A stretch of DNA of 63,256 bases, the filler included. It is 8 parts of 8 records of this genome, joined end to end, with 100 filler letters (N's around TTAATTAATTAA, not from the genome) between each part and the next. Parts side by side here need not be neighbours in the genome. Positions count along the whole stretch, not along the records: positions 1 to 16,536 come from SRR20825010_6620; 7 more parts are not named here. One strand, given 5' to 3'. The position numbers and the translations under genes were made by a program. This document shows, in pieces, positions 1 through 8,176 of this stretch; positions within the stretch are counted from its first letter, which is position 1; the number at the start of each line of letters is the position of its first letter. The notes under the pieces were generated by a model that worked only from the letters and a program-made list of their open reading frames with translations, was not told the DNA's origin and made no database searches.

Positions 1-1263
1 CCATCCATCGGCAAAGGTCGTGATGTTGGCTCTGCCGTAATCGACTTGATGTTCAAAAAAGACGAAAACGGACGCATCCCGGTGGTGGCTGTTACCGGCA
101 CCAACGGCAAAACCACCACGGTGCGCCTGATCGAACAAATTTTGCGTTATCACAACCTGCGTGTGGGCTACACCGGCACCGAGGGTGTGGTGGTAAACGG
201 TCACCTGATCGACACAGGCGACTGCAGTGGCCCGAAAAGTGCCCACAGGGTGCTGGTACACCCTGAAGCTGACGCGGCTGTTCTGGAGTGCGCCCGTGGC
301 GGCATGCTGCGTGAAGGCCTGGGCTTTGACATGTGCGATGTAGGCATTGTGACCAACATCGGTGAAGGTGATCACCTGGGCCTGAACTTCATTGACAGCG
401 TTGAAGACCTGGCACTTCTGAAAAGCGTACTGATTCAAAACGTAGCACCCAACGGGCTTGCCGTACTGAATGCCGACGACAAACACGCAGCCGGCATGGC
501 CAAGCTGACCCCGGGGCGCGTGCTGTTTTTCACCAGCAACCCCGACAACCCGATTGTGGCAGCCCACAAAGCCAAAGGGCGCCCCGTGATTATTCACGAT
601 GGCCGCGTGATCAACATCAGTTTTGATGACATCGAAAAAACCATTGATTTGATGGACGTGCCATTGACCAACAACGGCCTGTTTACATTCCAGGTTCAAA
701 ACGTGATGTGTGCAATTGCTGCCGCCCTGGGCTTGAACGTCCCGTTCAATACCATCCGTGCTGCACTCGGCAACTTCCAGTCAACACCGGATACGGTGCC
801 CGGTCGATTCAACTTCTTCAAGCACAAAGGTGGCTCGGTGATCGCGGACTATGGCCACAATCCCGATGCAGTCAACACCTTGATCAACACCCTGCAAAAT
901 ATTCCCTCAGTGAAACGCACGGTGGTGATCAGTGCCGCAGGCGATCGTCGTGATCAAGACATCATTGAGCAAGGTCGTTTGGTTGGCGGGTTTTTCGACA
1001 ACATCATTTTGTATGAAGATGCGTGCCAACGTGGCCGCCCCGACGGCGAGACAATCGCCCTGCTGCAACAGGGCATTGCACAATCCGAAGCAGGAAAAAC
1101 ACCCGTTGTAGTGGAAGTTCGCGGTGAATTCAAGGCCATGCAAATGGCGCTGGACCAAACCGGCCCGGATCATTTGGTGCTGGTATTGATTGACCAGGTC
1201 AACGAAGCGTTGCAGTACCTTCAAGCCAACACCACCGGCGATGCTGTTCAGGCGCTGGCCTGA
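1..1263 (+). CDS. cphA: Cyanophycin synthetase, 3' part (Mur-ligase-like domain); 5'-truncated by the window edge
   Basis: Frame is open from base 1 (PSIGKGRDVGSAVIDLMF), then GRIPVVAVTGTNGKTTT, GDCSGPKSA, ECARGG, DHLG, PGRFN, DYGHN and GDRRD, all typical CphA motifs. Confidence 0.92.
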   Translation, partial: PSIGKGRDVGSAVIDLMFKKDENGRIPVVAVTGTNGKTTTVRLIEQILRYHNLRVGYTGTEGVVVNGHLIDTGDCSGPKSAHRVLVHPEADAAVLECARGGMLREGLGFDMCDVGIVTNIGEGDHLGLNFIDSVEDLALLKSVLIQNVAPNGLAVLNADDKHAAGMAKLTPGRVLFFTSNPDNPIVAAHKAKGRPVIIHDGRVINISFDDIEKTIDLMDVPLTNNGLFTFQVQNVMCAIAAALGLNVPFNTIRAALGNFQSTPDTVPGRFNFFKHKGGSVIADYGHNPDAVNTLINTLQNIPSVKRTVVISAAGDRRDQDIIEQGRLVGGFFDNIILYEDACQRGRPDGETIALLQQGIAQSEAGKTPVVVEVRGEFKAMQMALDQTGPDHLVLVLIDQVNEALQYLQANTTGDAVQALA

Positions 1264-1272
1264 GCATTCAGG

Positions 1273-2820
1273 TTACAACAATTCAAGCCGCTTCAACATG
1301 CGGTGAAAATTGCCGGAATCGAGCCCCAGCTGCCGTGCAGCTGCGGCTCGATTGCCCTGTGTCTCAAGCAGCACGCGCTGAATCAGGTTTCTGGAAAACC
1401 CATCGATAGCCTCGCGGTACGACACCTCACCCACAGGCACTGAAGCGCGGATGTCGCTGGGCACGGCATTGGCCTGTGCGGGCGTTTCGCTGAACAAATC
1501 CAGATGTTCCAGCCCAATGGTCACCATGACCCCTAACTCGTCGCGGCGTGCCTTCAATGCTGCACGCCCAAGGGTATGTTCCAGTTCGCGTACATTGCCG
1601 GGCCAACTGTAGTGCTTCAAGGCCGCCTCGCATCCCCTGCCCAGACGCAAATTTCGCAAACCAAGGCGGCTGCGGTTTTGCTCCAGGAAATAACCAGCCA
1701 AAAGCAGCACATCATCGCCACGCTCCCGCAGGGGTGGAATGTGCAAAGGGTACACACAAAGACGATGGTACAAATCGGCTCTGAACCGCCCTGCTTTCAC
1801 TTCAGCAGTCAAATCGCGGTTGCTGGCTGCGACAATTCGCACATCAACCTGATGTTCCCTGTCACTGCCCACACGTTGCACCTGCCCGCTTTGCAACACA
1901 CGCAACAGCTTGGCTTGGGCTGAGGCACTTAGCTCGCCTACCTCATCAAGGAACAAGGTACCGCCGTTGGCCATTTCAAATTTGCCTTGTCGGTTTCCGT
2001 CGGCACCAGAAAATGCACCTTTCACGTGGCCAAACAACTCACTTTCAATCAGTTGATCCGGCAAGGCGGCACAATTGATCACCACCAAAGGCAAGTTGGC
2101 CCTGTCCGACATGGCATGCAAAGCTTGCGCAACCAATTCCTTGCCCACACCTGTCTCACCGTGTACCAGCACTGCAAGCTGACTTCTGGCGACCGTCCCG
2201 ATTTCCCGTTTCAGGGTGCGCATGGCCTCGCTGTCGCCGATCATTTCGTGGCGGGCCAGCTGCACTGCCTCCAGCATGCCAAGGTCTTTCATTTTCAGCG
2301 TGTCCAGTCGCCATTCGGCTGCGCTTTCCGACAGGGCAACCACATTCACCACCGCCTCGCCCAAACGGGCAAACATGGCCATGGCACGCTCTACCCGTGC
2401 ATCGAATACGCCAGCCCTTAGCGAATCAAGCGTGATGGCACCCCACAATTTTCCGTTCACATGCAAGGCGCAACCCATGCAATCGTGCACATTCAAGTCA
2501 CCTGCATGCACGCCTTCCAGCAAACCATCATAGGGGTCTGGCAAAGTGGATTTGTTCGGAAAATGCGTCACACCGCGGTAAGTCACGATCGCATTCAAAC
2601 GGGGGTGTTCGCCAAGCTCGAAACGGCGCCCAAGACTGTCGGGTGTCAACCCATGCACCACCAATGGCTTCAAGGCTTTGCCTTCCATTTTCAGCAAAGC
2701 ACATGCATTGCCTGGCAGTGCGGCGACCACCGCGTTCACATAGCGCGTGTAGCGGGTGTGCGGATCAAGATCAGCCCCCAAATCTTCGATCACGGCCAAT
2801 ACAAAACTCGACAATTCCAT
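1273..2820 (-). CDS. norR: Nitric-oxide-responsive sigma54-dependent activator (GAF-AAA+-HTH)
   Basis: GAF iron-ligand motifs HPRL, PDPYDGL, HDCMG, TLDS; Walker A GETGVGKE; GAFSGA; Fis-type HTH; divergent from flavohemoglobin. ATG at 2820 preferred over TTG at 2856. Confidence 0.93.
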   Translation of the reverse strand: MELSSFVLAVIEDLGADLDPHTRYTRYVNAVVAALPGNACALLKMEGKALKPLVVHGLTPDSLGRRFELGEHPRLNAIVTYRGVTHFPNKSTLPDPYDGLLEGVHAGDLNVHDCMGCALHVNGKLWGAITLDSLRAGVFDARVERAMAMFARLGEAVVNVVALSESAAEWRLDTLKMKDLGMLEAVQLARHEMIGDSEAMRTLKREIGTVARSQLAVLVHGETGVGKELVAQALHAMSDRANLPLVVINCAALPDQLIESELFGHVKGAFSGADGNRQGKFEMANGGTLFLDEVGELSASAQAKLLRVLQSGQVQRVGSDREHQVDVRIVAASNRDLTAEVKAGRFRADLYHRLCVYPLHIPPLRERGDDVLLLAGYFLEQNRSRLGLRNLRLGRGCEAALKHYSWPGNVRELEHTLGRAALKARRDELGVMVTIGLEHLDLFSETPAQANAVPSDIRASVPVGEVSYREAIDGFSRNLIQRVLLETQGNRAAAARQLGLDSGNFHRMLKRLELL

Positions 2821-2824
2821 CGCT

Positions 2825-2879
2825 GTTATTTCCACAATTTGATGTACAAATAACAATAAATTAAAATTGTGTAAATAAC
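2825..2879. promoter_or_regulatory. Three NorR binding sites (GT-N7-AC)
   Basis: GTTATTTCCAC 2825-2835, GTACAAATAAC 2844-2854, GTGTAAATAAC 2869-2879, each within TGT-N7-ACA. Confidence 0.85.
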
Positions 2880-2956
2880 AATTATTTTATTGAAGAATAA
2901 ATGAGAACAAATAGCAAGTAACTGTTTTTAATGGATTATTAGTAAATTACTTGCTG

Positions 2957-2972
2957 TGGCATGAATATTGAT
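2957..2972 (+). promoter_or_regulatory. sigma54 (-24/-12) promoter of hmp
   Basis: TGGCAT-GAATA-TTGAT matches TGGCAC-N5-TTGC spacing, with GA at -12; lies 58 bp before the hmp ATG. Confidence 0.75.
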
Positions 2973-3030
2973 AAGAATTAATTACGAAAGTGATTTTATT
3001 TTTACATTTCCCAGAAAAAGGAAGCCCATC

Positions 3031-4173
3031 ATGCCCGTCAGCACCGAACAAAAACAATGGATCAAAGCCACCATTCCAGCCCTGGAGCAAGGCGGCGAGG
3101 CATTGACCACCCATTTCTACAAACTGATGTTCAGCAAGTACCCGGTCACAGCAACCTTTTTCAACCCGGCCCACCAACAAAAAGGCACACAGCCACGCGC
3201 ACTGGCCAATGCCGTGCTGGCATATGCAAAACACATCGACAACCCGGCCGTGCTGATGAATGCCGTCACGCTGATTGTGAACAAGCACGTGGCGCTGGGC
3301 GTGAAGGCCGAGCACTACCCGATCGTGGGTGAATGCCTGTTGCAGGCCATGAAAGAAGTGCTGGGCGAAGCTGCCACACCAGAAATTATCGATGCCTGGG
3401 CTGCCGCCTACGGTCAGCTTGCCGACATTCTGATCAACGCTGAAGCCAATTTGTATGCCAAACAAGCCATGTCCACTGGAGGGTGGGAGGGGCAACGTGC
3501 CTTCACAATTGCCGCCAAAGAGCAAGAAAGTGAACTGGTCACGTCTTTTTATCTGAAACCTGCCGATGGCCAAGCGATCATGGCATTCAAGCCCGGGCAG
3601 TACATCACACTGCATTTGGATATCAACGGCAGCAAAGTGATGCGCAATTATTCGCTGTCCGATTCACCCAACGGCACACACTATCGAATCTCGGTAAAAC
3701 GCGAGGAAGGCGGCGTGGTGTCCAACCACCTCCACCAACACCTTCATGTGGGCGACACAGTTCAACTTAGCCCACCCTGTGGCGAATTTGTATTGAATGA
3801 AGGCACCGAACCCGTGGTGTTGATCACGGCTGGCGTTGGCTTGACACCGGCGATCGCGATGCTGAAAGCATCAGCCGGCAAACGCGATGTGCATTTCATT
3901 CACGCCTGCAAAAACATGGCTCAACACTCATTCAAGGCGCTAAGCGATCAACTCAGCGAACAGCATGACAATGTGCACACACGCTACGTTTATGAAAATG
4001 TGGATGGTTTGATCAAACAGCAAACCCTTGCAGAACACCTGCCAGGCAATGCGCATGTTTATTTTCTGGGGCCCGTGCCTTTCATGAGCACAGTGAAAAC
4101 ATTGCTGAGCAAAATGGGCGTGCCTGCTGAACGACAACACTTTGAATTTTTCGGGCCTGCACAAGCCATTTAA
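3031..4173 (+). CDS. hmp: Flavohemoglobin (NO dioxygenase)
   Basis: N-terminal globin (HFYKLMF, QPRALA, KHVALGV, EHYPIVG), FAD-binding RNYSLS, NAD-binding AGVGLTP, C-terminal EFFGP; ATG at 3031. Confidence 0.96.
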   Translation: MPVSTEQKQWIKATIPALEQGGEALTTHFYKLMFSKYPVTATFFNPAHQQKGTQPRALANAVLAYAKHIDNPAVLMNAVTLIVNKHVALGVKAEHYPIVGECLLQAMKEVLGEAATPEIIDAWAAAYGQLADILINAEANLYAKQAMSTGGWEGQRAFTIAAKEQESELVTSFYLKPADGQAIMAFKPGQYITLHLDINGSKVMRNYSLSDSPNGTHYRISVKREEGGVVSNHLHQHLHVGDTVQLSPPCGEFVLNEGTEPVVLITAGVGLTPAIAMLKASAGKRDVHFIHACKNMAQHSFKALSDQLSEQHDNVHTRYVYENVDGLIKQQTLAEHLPGNAHVYFLGPVPFMSTVKTLLSKMGVPAERQHFEFFGPAQAI

Positions 4174-4596
4174 TCAAGACGAAAGGCCTTGGGCTTTGCC
4201 CGAGGCCTCTGCCTGCACATACTCAAGCAACTCGTCAATTTGAAAGGATTTGTCAAAAAATGCCTTGGCCCCCAAATTCAAGCAACGGTGCCGAATCACA
4301 AGGTTTGAGTAGTTTGAAAAAATGACCACCTTGACCTTGCCATGCAAATCAAGACTTTCAGAAAGTGACTTCAAGAACCCAAGGCCGGAACCCGACTCAA
4401 GCTCAAGATCCACAATGGCCAAATCGGCACTGTCAGCCTGCAGAGCCTGCACCGCTGCGGCCTCTGTGCCTACACTTGCCACCACTTTCACAGTGGGTAT
4501 TTCATTAAGCATGGCTCGCAGCAACACCTGCAAGTCAACAGAATCTTCCACTACAAGAACTTTCAACTCGGATTTGAAGGGCGCTTTTTTGCTCAC
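4174..4596 (-). CDS. Single-domain response regulator (receiver only)
   Basis: VLVVED, IVDLEL, IFSN and FFDK receiver motifs with no output domain; start uncertain (GTG 4596 or upstream to 4656). Confidence 0.85.
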   Translation of the reverse strand: MSKKAPFKSELKVLVVEDSVDLQVLLRAMLNEIPTVKVVASVGTEAAAVQALQADSADLAIVDLELESGSGLGFLKSLSESLDLHGKVKVVIFSNYSNLVIRHRCLNLGAKAFFDKSFQIDELLEYVQAEASGKAQGLSS

Positions 4597-4664
4597 AGTG
4601 TTCACCTGGGAATCAACCCTCCGCCCGTTGCCGACCAAGCGGAGGGATTTTAACAATCAGCGCA

Positions 4665-5093
4665 TCAAGAATTTGGCTTCACATCAATCTTGTTGCTGAC
4701 ACTTTTAACGCCTTCTACCTGCTTGGCAAGCATTTCGGCACGCTGCTTTTCACCATCTGTTTTTGCTTCTCCAGAGAGAACCACAACGCCTTTTTTGGTT
4801 TCCACGCTGACACGCAAGGCGCTAACCACCTTGTCTTCCGCATGCTTGGCCTTCACTTTCGCGGTGATGGTACTGTCATCGACATACTGACCCACGGAAG
4901 ACTTGGGTTGTCCTGGCTGCGCACCGGGCTGTTGCTCAGGCGGCTGCCCCGGTTGCTGGCCAGAGGGTTGTCCTGGCGGCGGCTGTTGTCCTGGCTGTTG
5001 TTGTTGAGCAAGTTGCTCTGCCGCATGCGCAGGGGCTACAGCCGAAAAAACCACGCCGGCTGCAATCAAGGTTTGTGCAATCAATTTACTCAT
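4665..5093 (-). CDS. Periplasmic BON-domain protein (OsmY-like) with Q/P/G-rich linker
   Basis: Signal peptide ending AHA-A; VDDSTITAKVK...VETKKGVVVLSG...GVKSVSNKI BON motif; CAGGAG RBS upstream of ATG 5093. Confidence 0.9.
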   Translation of the reverse strand: MSKLIAQTLIAAGVVFSAVAPAHAAEQLAQQQQPGQQPPPGQPSGQQPGQPPEQQPGAQPGQPKSSVGQYVDDSTITAKVKAKHAEDKVVSALRVSVETKKGVVVLSGEAKTDGEKQRAEMLAKQVEGVKSVSNKIDVKPNS

Positions 5094-5281
5094 GGTCGAA
5101 CTCCTGAAAAGTGGGTGAACTGAACTGCTTTGAAAGAAATCATGATCAAGGTATGTATTGATCAAACTTCACACGTTCAATACTACGGAGGGGTGATTTA
5201 TCGATCTGTCCGACAAAGACGATTCAGCTGTAGGACTTGTCTGGCTTTCTGAAACCGAATGCACACAAAGGAAAAAAACCT

Positions 5282-5917
5282 ATGATCCGTTTGGCAATTA
5301 TCGATGACCATGCCATTGTCCGCGCTGGCTTTCGGGAAATGCTGTCTGACGAACTGGGCCTGCACATCGAATTTGAAGCAGGTACGGCAGAAGAGGCGCA
5401 AACCATGCTGCGCAATCGACCCTGTGACGTCTTGATGCTCGACATCTCCCTGCCCGACCTCAGCGGAATTGACCTGTTGCGCACCATCAAGCAACGCAAC
5501 ACCAGCACACAAGTTCTGATCATCAGCAGTTTTTCCGAGGAACGATACGCCCTGCCCATGATTCGGAATGGTGCCAGTGGCTATTTGTGCAAAGACTGCG
5601 ATCGCGATGACCTGATCCACGCAATACACACCGTAGCGCAAGGTCGTCGGTATGTTTCGCAAAAAACCGCTGAACTGCTGGCCAATGAAATGGCAGGAAA
5701 CATCGACAAACCCGCCCACGAACTATTGTCGGAACGCGAACTTCAGGTTTTCCTGCGCCTGGCCAAAGGCGAGTCTGTTTCACTGATTGCAGAAGCACTT
5801 CACCTGAGCGTGAAGACGGTCAGCACTTACAGATCGCGCGTACTGGAAAAACTGACCGTTTCAAGCAATGCTGAACTGGCCACCTATGCGCACCAACACG
5901 GCTTACTGGAAAGCTGA
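5282..5917 (+). CDS. NarL/UvrY(GacA)-like response regulator (REC + LuxR HTH)
   Basis: IDDHAIVRAG, LDISLP, LSERELQV, LSVKTVSTYRSR. Confidence 0.93.
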   Translation: MIRLAIIDDHAIVRAGFREMLSDELGLHIEFEAGTAEEAQTMLRNRPCDVLMLDISLPDLSGIDLLRTIKQRNTSTQVLIISSFSEERYALPMIRNGASGYLCKDCDRDDLIHAIHTVAQGRRYVSQKTAELLANEMAGNIDKPAHELLSERELQVFLRLAKGESVSLIAEALHLSVKTVSTYRSRVLEKLTVSSNAELATYAHQHGLLES

Positions 5918-5923
5918 AATTGT

Positions 5924-7297
5924 TCACGCCAAGCCAGCCGGCATTCGAACTTCAATTCGGGTGCCATTGCCTGGCTCTGAACGCAAGCTCAAACTGCCAT
6001 TGAACATCTGGGTTCGGTGTTTCATGCCCGCAATGCCGTGGCCATGCACCTGCAAATTCCCCGTATCAAAACCCACACCATTGTCCTGGATGCTCAAAAC
6101 CACTTCCCCACCCTCGATACACAGCTGCAATTTCACCAGGCTTGCATTTGAATACTTACGTACATTGTTCAACGACTCTTGGGCAATTCGGTACAAGGCA
6201 AGCGACTGCGCCTGAGGCAGGTTCAAATGATTCTCGCTGAAACTTGTTTCGACCGGGATATCAATCCGGAACTGCTCACACAATGCACGCAACGCCTCCA
6301 CCAAGCCCAACCCTTGCAGCAAGGGGGGTTGCAAATCATCCACCAAACGGCGAGTCAGCGTGATGGTGCTGCCAATGCTTTCAATCAGGCGCAGCATGCG
6401 CTCCTGAATGTCGTCACCAACCTGAGCACCCAAAGAACGCCGCAACCAACTGGCATCCATTTTTGCAGCCGTTAGCCAAGAGCCCATTTGATCATGTAAT
6501 TCACGCGCAATATGCTGGCGTTCAGTTTCACGTGCTGTGGTTAAATGGCTTGCCAAATTGCTCAGTTCACGCGTTCGGCTCAACACCATCGCCTCCAGAC
6601 GACTATTCTCGGTTTTCAGCAAATTGTGAACCCGGGCACGCAGGGCCACCTGGCGCTGTTGCACCAGAAACAAACTGACAATCAACAACAGCGATGCCAC
6701 ACCCAGCGCATAACCTACATACTGAATATTGTCCGCACGGTGCAAAAAACTGGACTCAAGTGTTTTGTGGGCTTTTTCACGCCGCGCCTTCAGCACCGCA
6801 AGGCGAACCCGGATTTCATCCATCAACTGCTTGCCCATTTCGCCATGCTCGTCTGAAAGAATCACAGGGGCCTTTCCCTTGCTCAACATTTCGCCCAGGT
6901 GTTGAAACTTCGCATCCACCAAACGCTTGAGTATCAACAAATCTTCGTGATCTTCAGAACCTGCAGGAATATCAAAATGCATCACTGCCATCAAGGGCTC
7001 GAGCCTTGACACACTGCTTCGGTACGGCTCCAGGTACACATCACTGCGCATCAACAGAAATGACAGCGCACTGGCCTCTGCATCCACCACCAAGACCCAA
7101 AGCTGATCCAGACGGTCAATGCGTTTCTTGTTGATTTCCGTAAGGGCAACCACCTCTGAATTCATGCGGGAATGGGTATAGGTAATCGCCAGCAAAGCCA
7201 CAACCATCAAACACCCAAAAGCCAGCAGCCAGTAGGGCCTTGTTTGCCTAAGCCGGTCACTTTTGGATTTTTGCAATAAACGGATTGGATTTTTCAA
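5924..7297 (-). CDS. CHASE3-type sensor histidine kinase (HisKA_3 + HATPase)
   Basis: Two TM segments flanking a DAE...YLEPY CHASE3-like region; ERQHIARELHD; QESLNNVRKY, DNGVGF, GHGIAGM. Start uncertain; the 7360 start would run through an upstream terminator. Confidence 0.88.
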   Translation of the reverse strand: MKNPIRLLQKSKSDRLRQTRPYWLLAFGCLMVVALLAITYTHSRMNSEVVALTEINKKRIDRLDQLWVLVVDAEASALSFLLMRSDVYLEPYRSSVSRLEPLMAVMHFDIPAGSEDHEDLLILKRLVDAKFQHLGEMLSKGKAPVILSDEHGEMGKQLMDEIRVRLAVLKARREKAHKTLESSFLHRADNIQYVGYALGVASLLLIVSLFLVQQRQVALRARVHNLLKTENSRLEAMVLSRTRELSNLASHLTTARETERQHIARELHDQMGSWLTAAKMDASWLRRSLGAQVGDDIQERMLRLIESIGSTITLTRRLVDDLQPPLLQGLGLVEALRALCEQFRIDIPVETSFSENHLNLPQAQSLALYRIAQESLNNVRKYSNASLVKLQLCIEGGEVVLSIQDNGVGFDTGNLQVHGHGIAGMKHRTQMFNGSLSLRSEPGNGTRIEVRMPAGLA

Positions 7298-7308
7298 ATT
7301 GAGTGTGC

Positions 7309-7351
7309 AAAAAAACGCAATGAGGGCCACCCGAAGGTAGCCCTCACTGCG
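7309..7351 (-). terminator. Intrinsic terminator after the DUF1328 gene
   Basis: Minus strand CGCAGTGAGGGCTACC-TTCG-GGTGGCCCTCATTGCG followed by T7. Confidence 0.85.
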
Positions 7352-7375
7352 CCGGTTCAACCCAACACCGATGCG

Positions 7376-7543
7376 CTACGGCTTGGATCTGACCAGGTTA
7401 ACTACAAACGTAATTGCGGCAAGTACGATGAAAATGAAAAACAGTACTTTCGCAATTTCTACAGCACCCGCTGCAATACCCCCGAAACCAAATAAAGCAG
7501 CAATGAGTGCAATCACAAAAAAAACGACGGCGTAGTGCAACAT
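7376..7543 (-). CDS. DUF1328 / YtjA-family small membrane protein (55 aa; absent from the ORF track)
   Basis: Manual translation [63 protein letters not shown]. Confidence 0.93.
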   Translation of the reverse strand: MLHYAVVFFVIALIAALFGFGGIAAGAVEIAKVLFFIFIVLAAITFVVNLVRSKP

Positions 7544-7676
7544 AATCAACTCCCAAAGTGATTAATCGGTTGACGCGCGATTGGTGATCTCAGATTAAAG
7601 AAAGCGGATGTGAATGATCACGCTTTCACTGTACGTTGGTGCGGGAAGAAAGTAGGTCGGCATTCGCCGAATGCGA

Positions 7677-7694
7677 TGTGAGCAATGTCCTACA
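7677..7694. promoter_or_regulatory. Candidate 18-bp response-regulator box upstream of DUF1328
   Basis: TGTGAG-CAATGT-CCTACA; related half-sites TGTCCGACA 5207-5215 and TGTAGGAC 5229-5236. Confidence 0.45.
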
Positions 7695-7702
7695 AGAATT
7701 GG

Positions 7703-8176
7703 CTAGCAAGACTGTTGTTCATGCAGTTCGATCAGCACGTTTTGTGTGCGCTCGATGTGCTTCTCAAGAAGAGACACGGCCAGGTTAATGTTTCTGGCCT
7801 CGCATGCCTTCAACATTTCAAGGTGTTCGATGTGAGGAACGTCACGCCCGGTCACAAACGACACCCGAGCCCGGGAAAGACGACCAAAACTTGTTGCAGT
7901 TTCCTCAATTAGCGCAAGTAACTTCGGGCGCTCGCAAGGTTCATACAAACACATGTGAAACTGAAGATTCAAGAGCGACCAGCCATGGGGCAGCACATTG
8001 GCTGCATACAAAACCAGAATATTTCTCGCCTTTACAAAGTCATCTTCAGTCATCTTCGGGATGGCCAACTTCAAGGCCCTTGTCTCCAAGCCAATGCGAA
8101 TATCCAGCATTTCTATCAACAGGGGAATTGATTGAACAATATTTTTATCATTTTCCACTTCAACTTTCTGGATCAT
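7703..8176 (-). CDS. Stand-alone FCD (GntR C-terminal ligand-binding) domain protein, no HTH
   Basis: IRIGLETRALKLA, NLQFHMCLY, EHLEML, LLEKHI; start overlaps the upstream stop (ATGA). Confidence 0.75.
   Translation of the reverse strand: MIQKVEVENDKNIVQSIPLLIEMLDIRIGLETRALKLAIPKMTEDDFVKARNILVLYAANVLPHGWSLLNLQFHMCLYEPCERPKLLALIEETATSFGRLSRARVSFVTGRDVPHIEHLEMLKACEARNINLAVSLLEKHIERTQNVLIELHEQQSC

Noticed and set aside
1-4173. Functional link between cyanophycin synthesis and NO detoxification
   Set aside because: cphA and norR are convergent with no shared regulatory signal seen; adjacency alone is not evidence
7298-7360. Extended N-terminus of the sensor kinase from TTG 7360 (similarly the upstream starts for hmp, tctC, xylA, gltX and 46023)
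   Set aside because: The extensions cross terminators, promoters or neighbouring genes; downstream starts fit RBS and domain boundaries better
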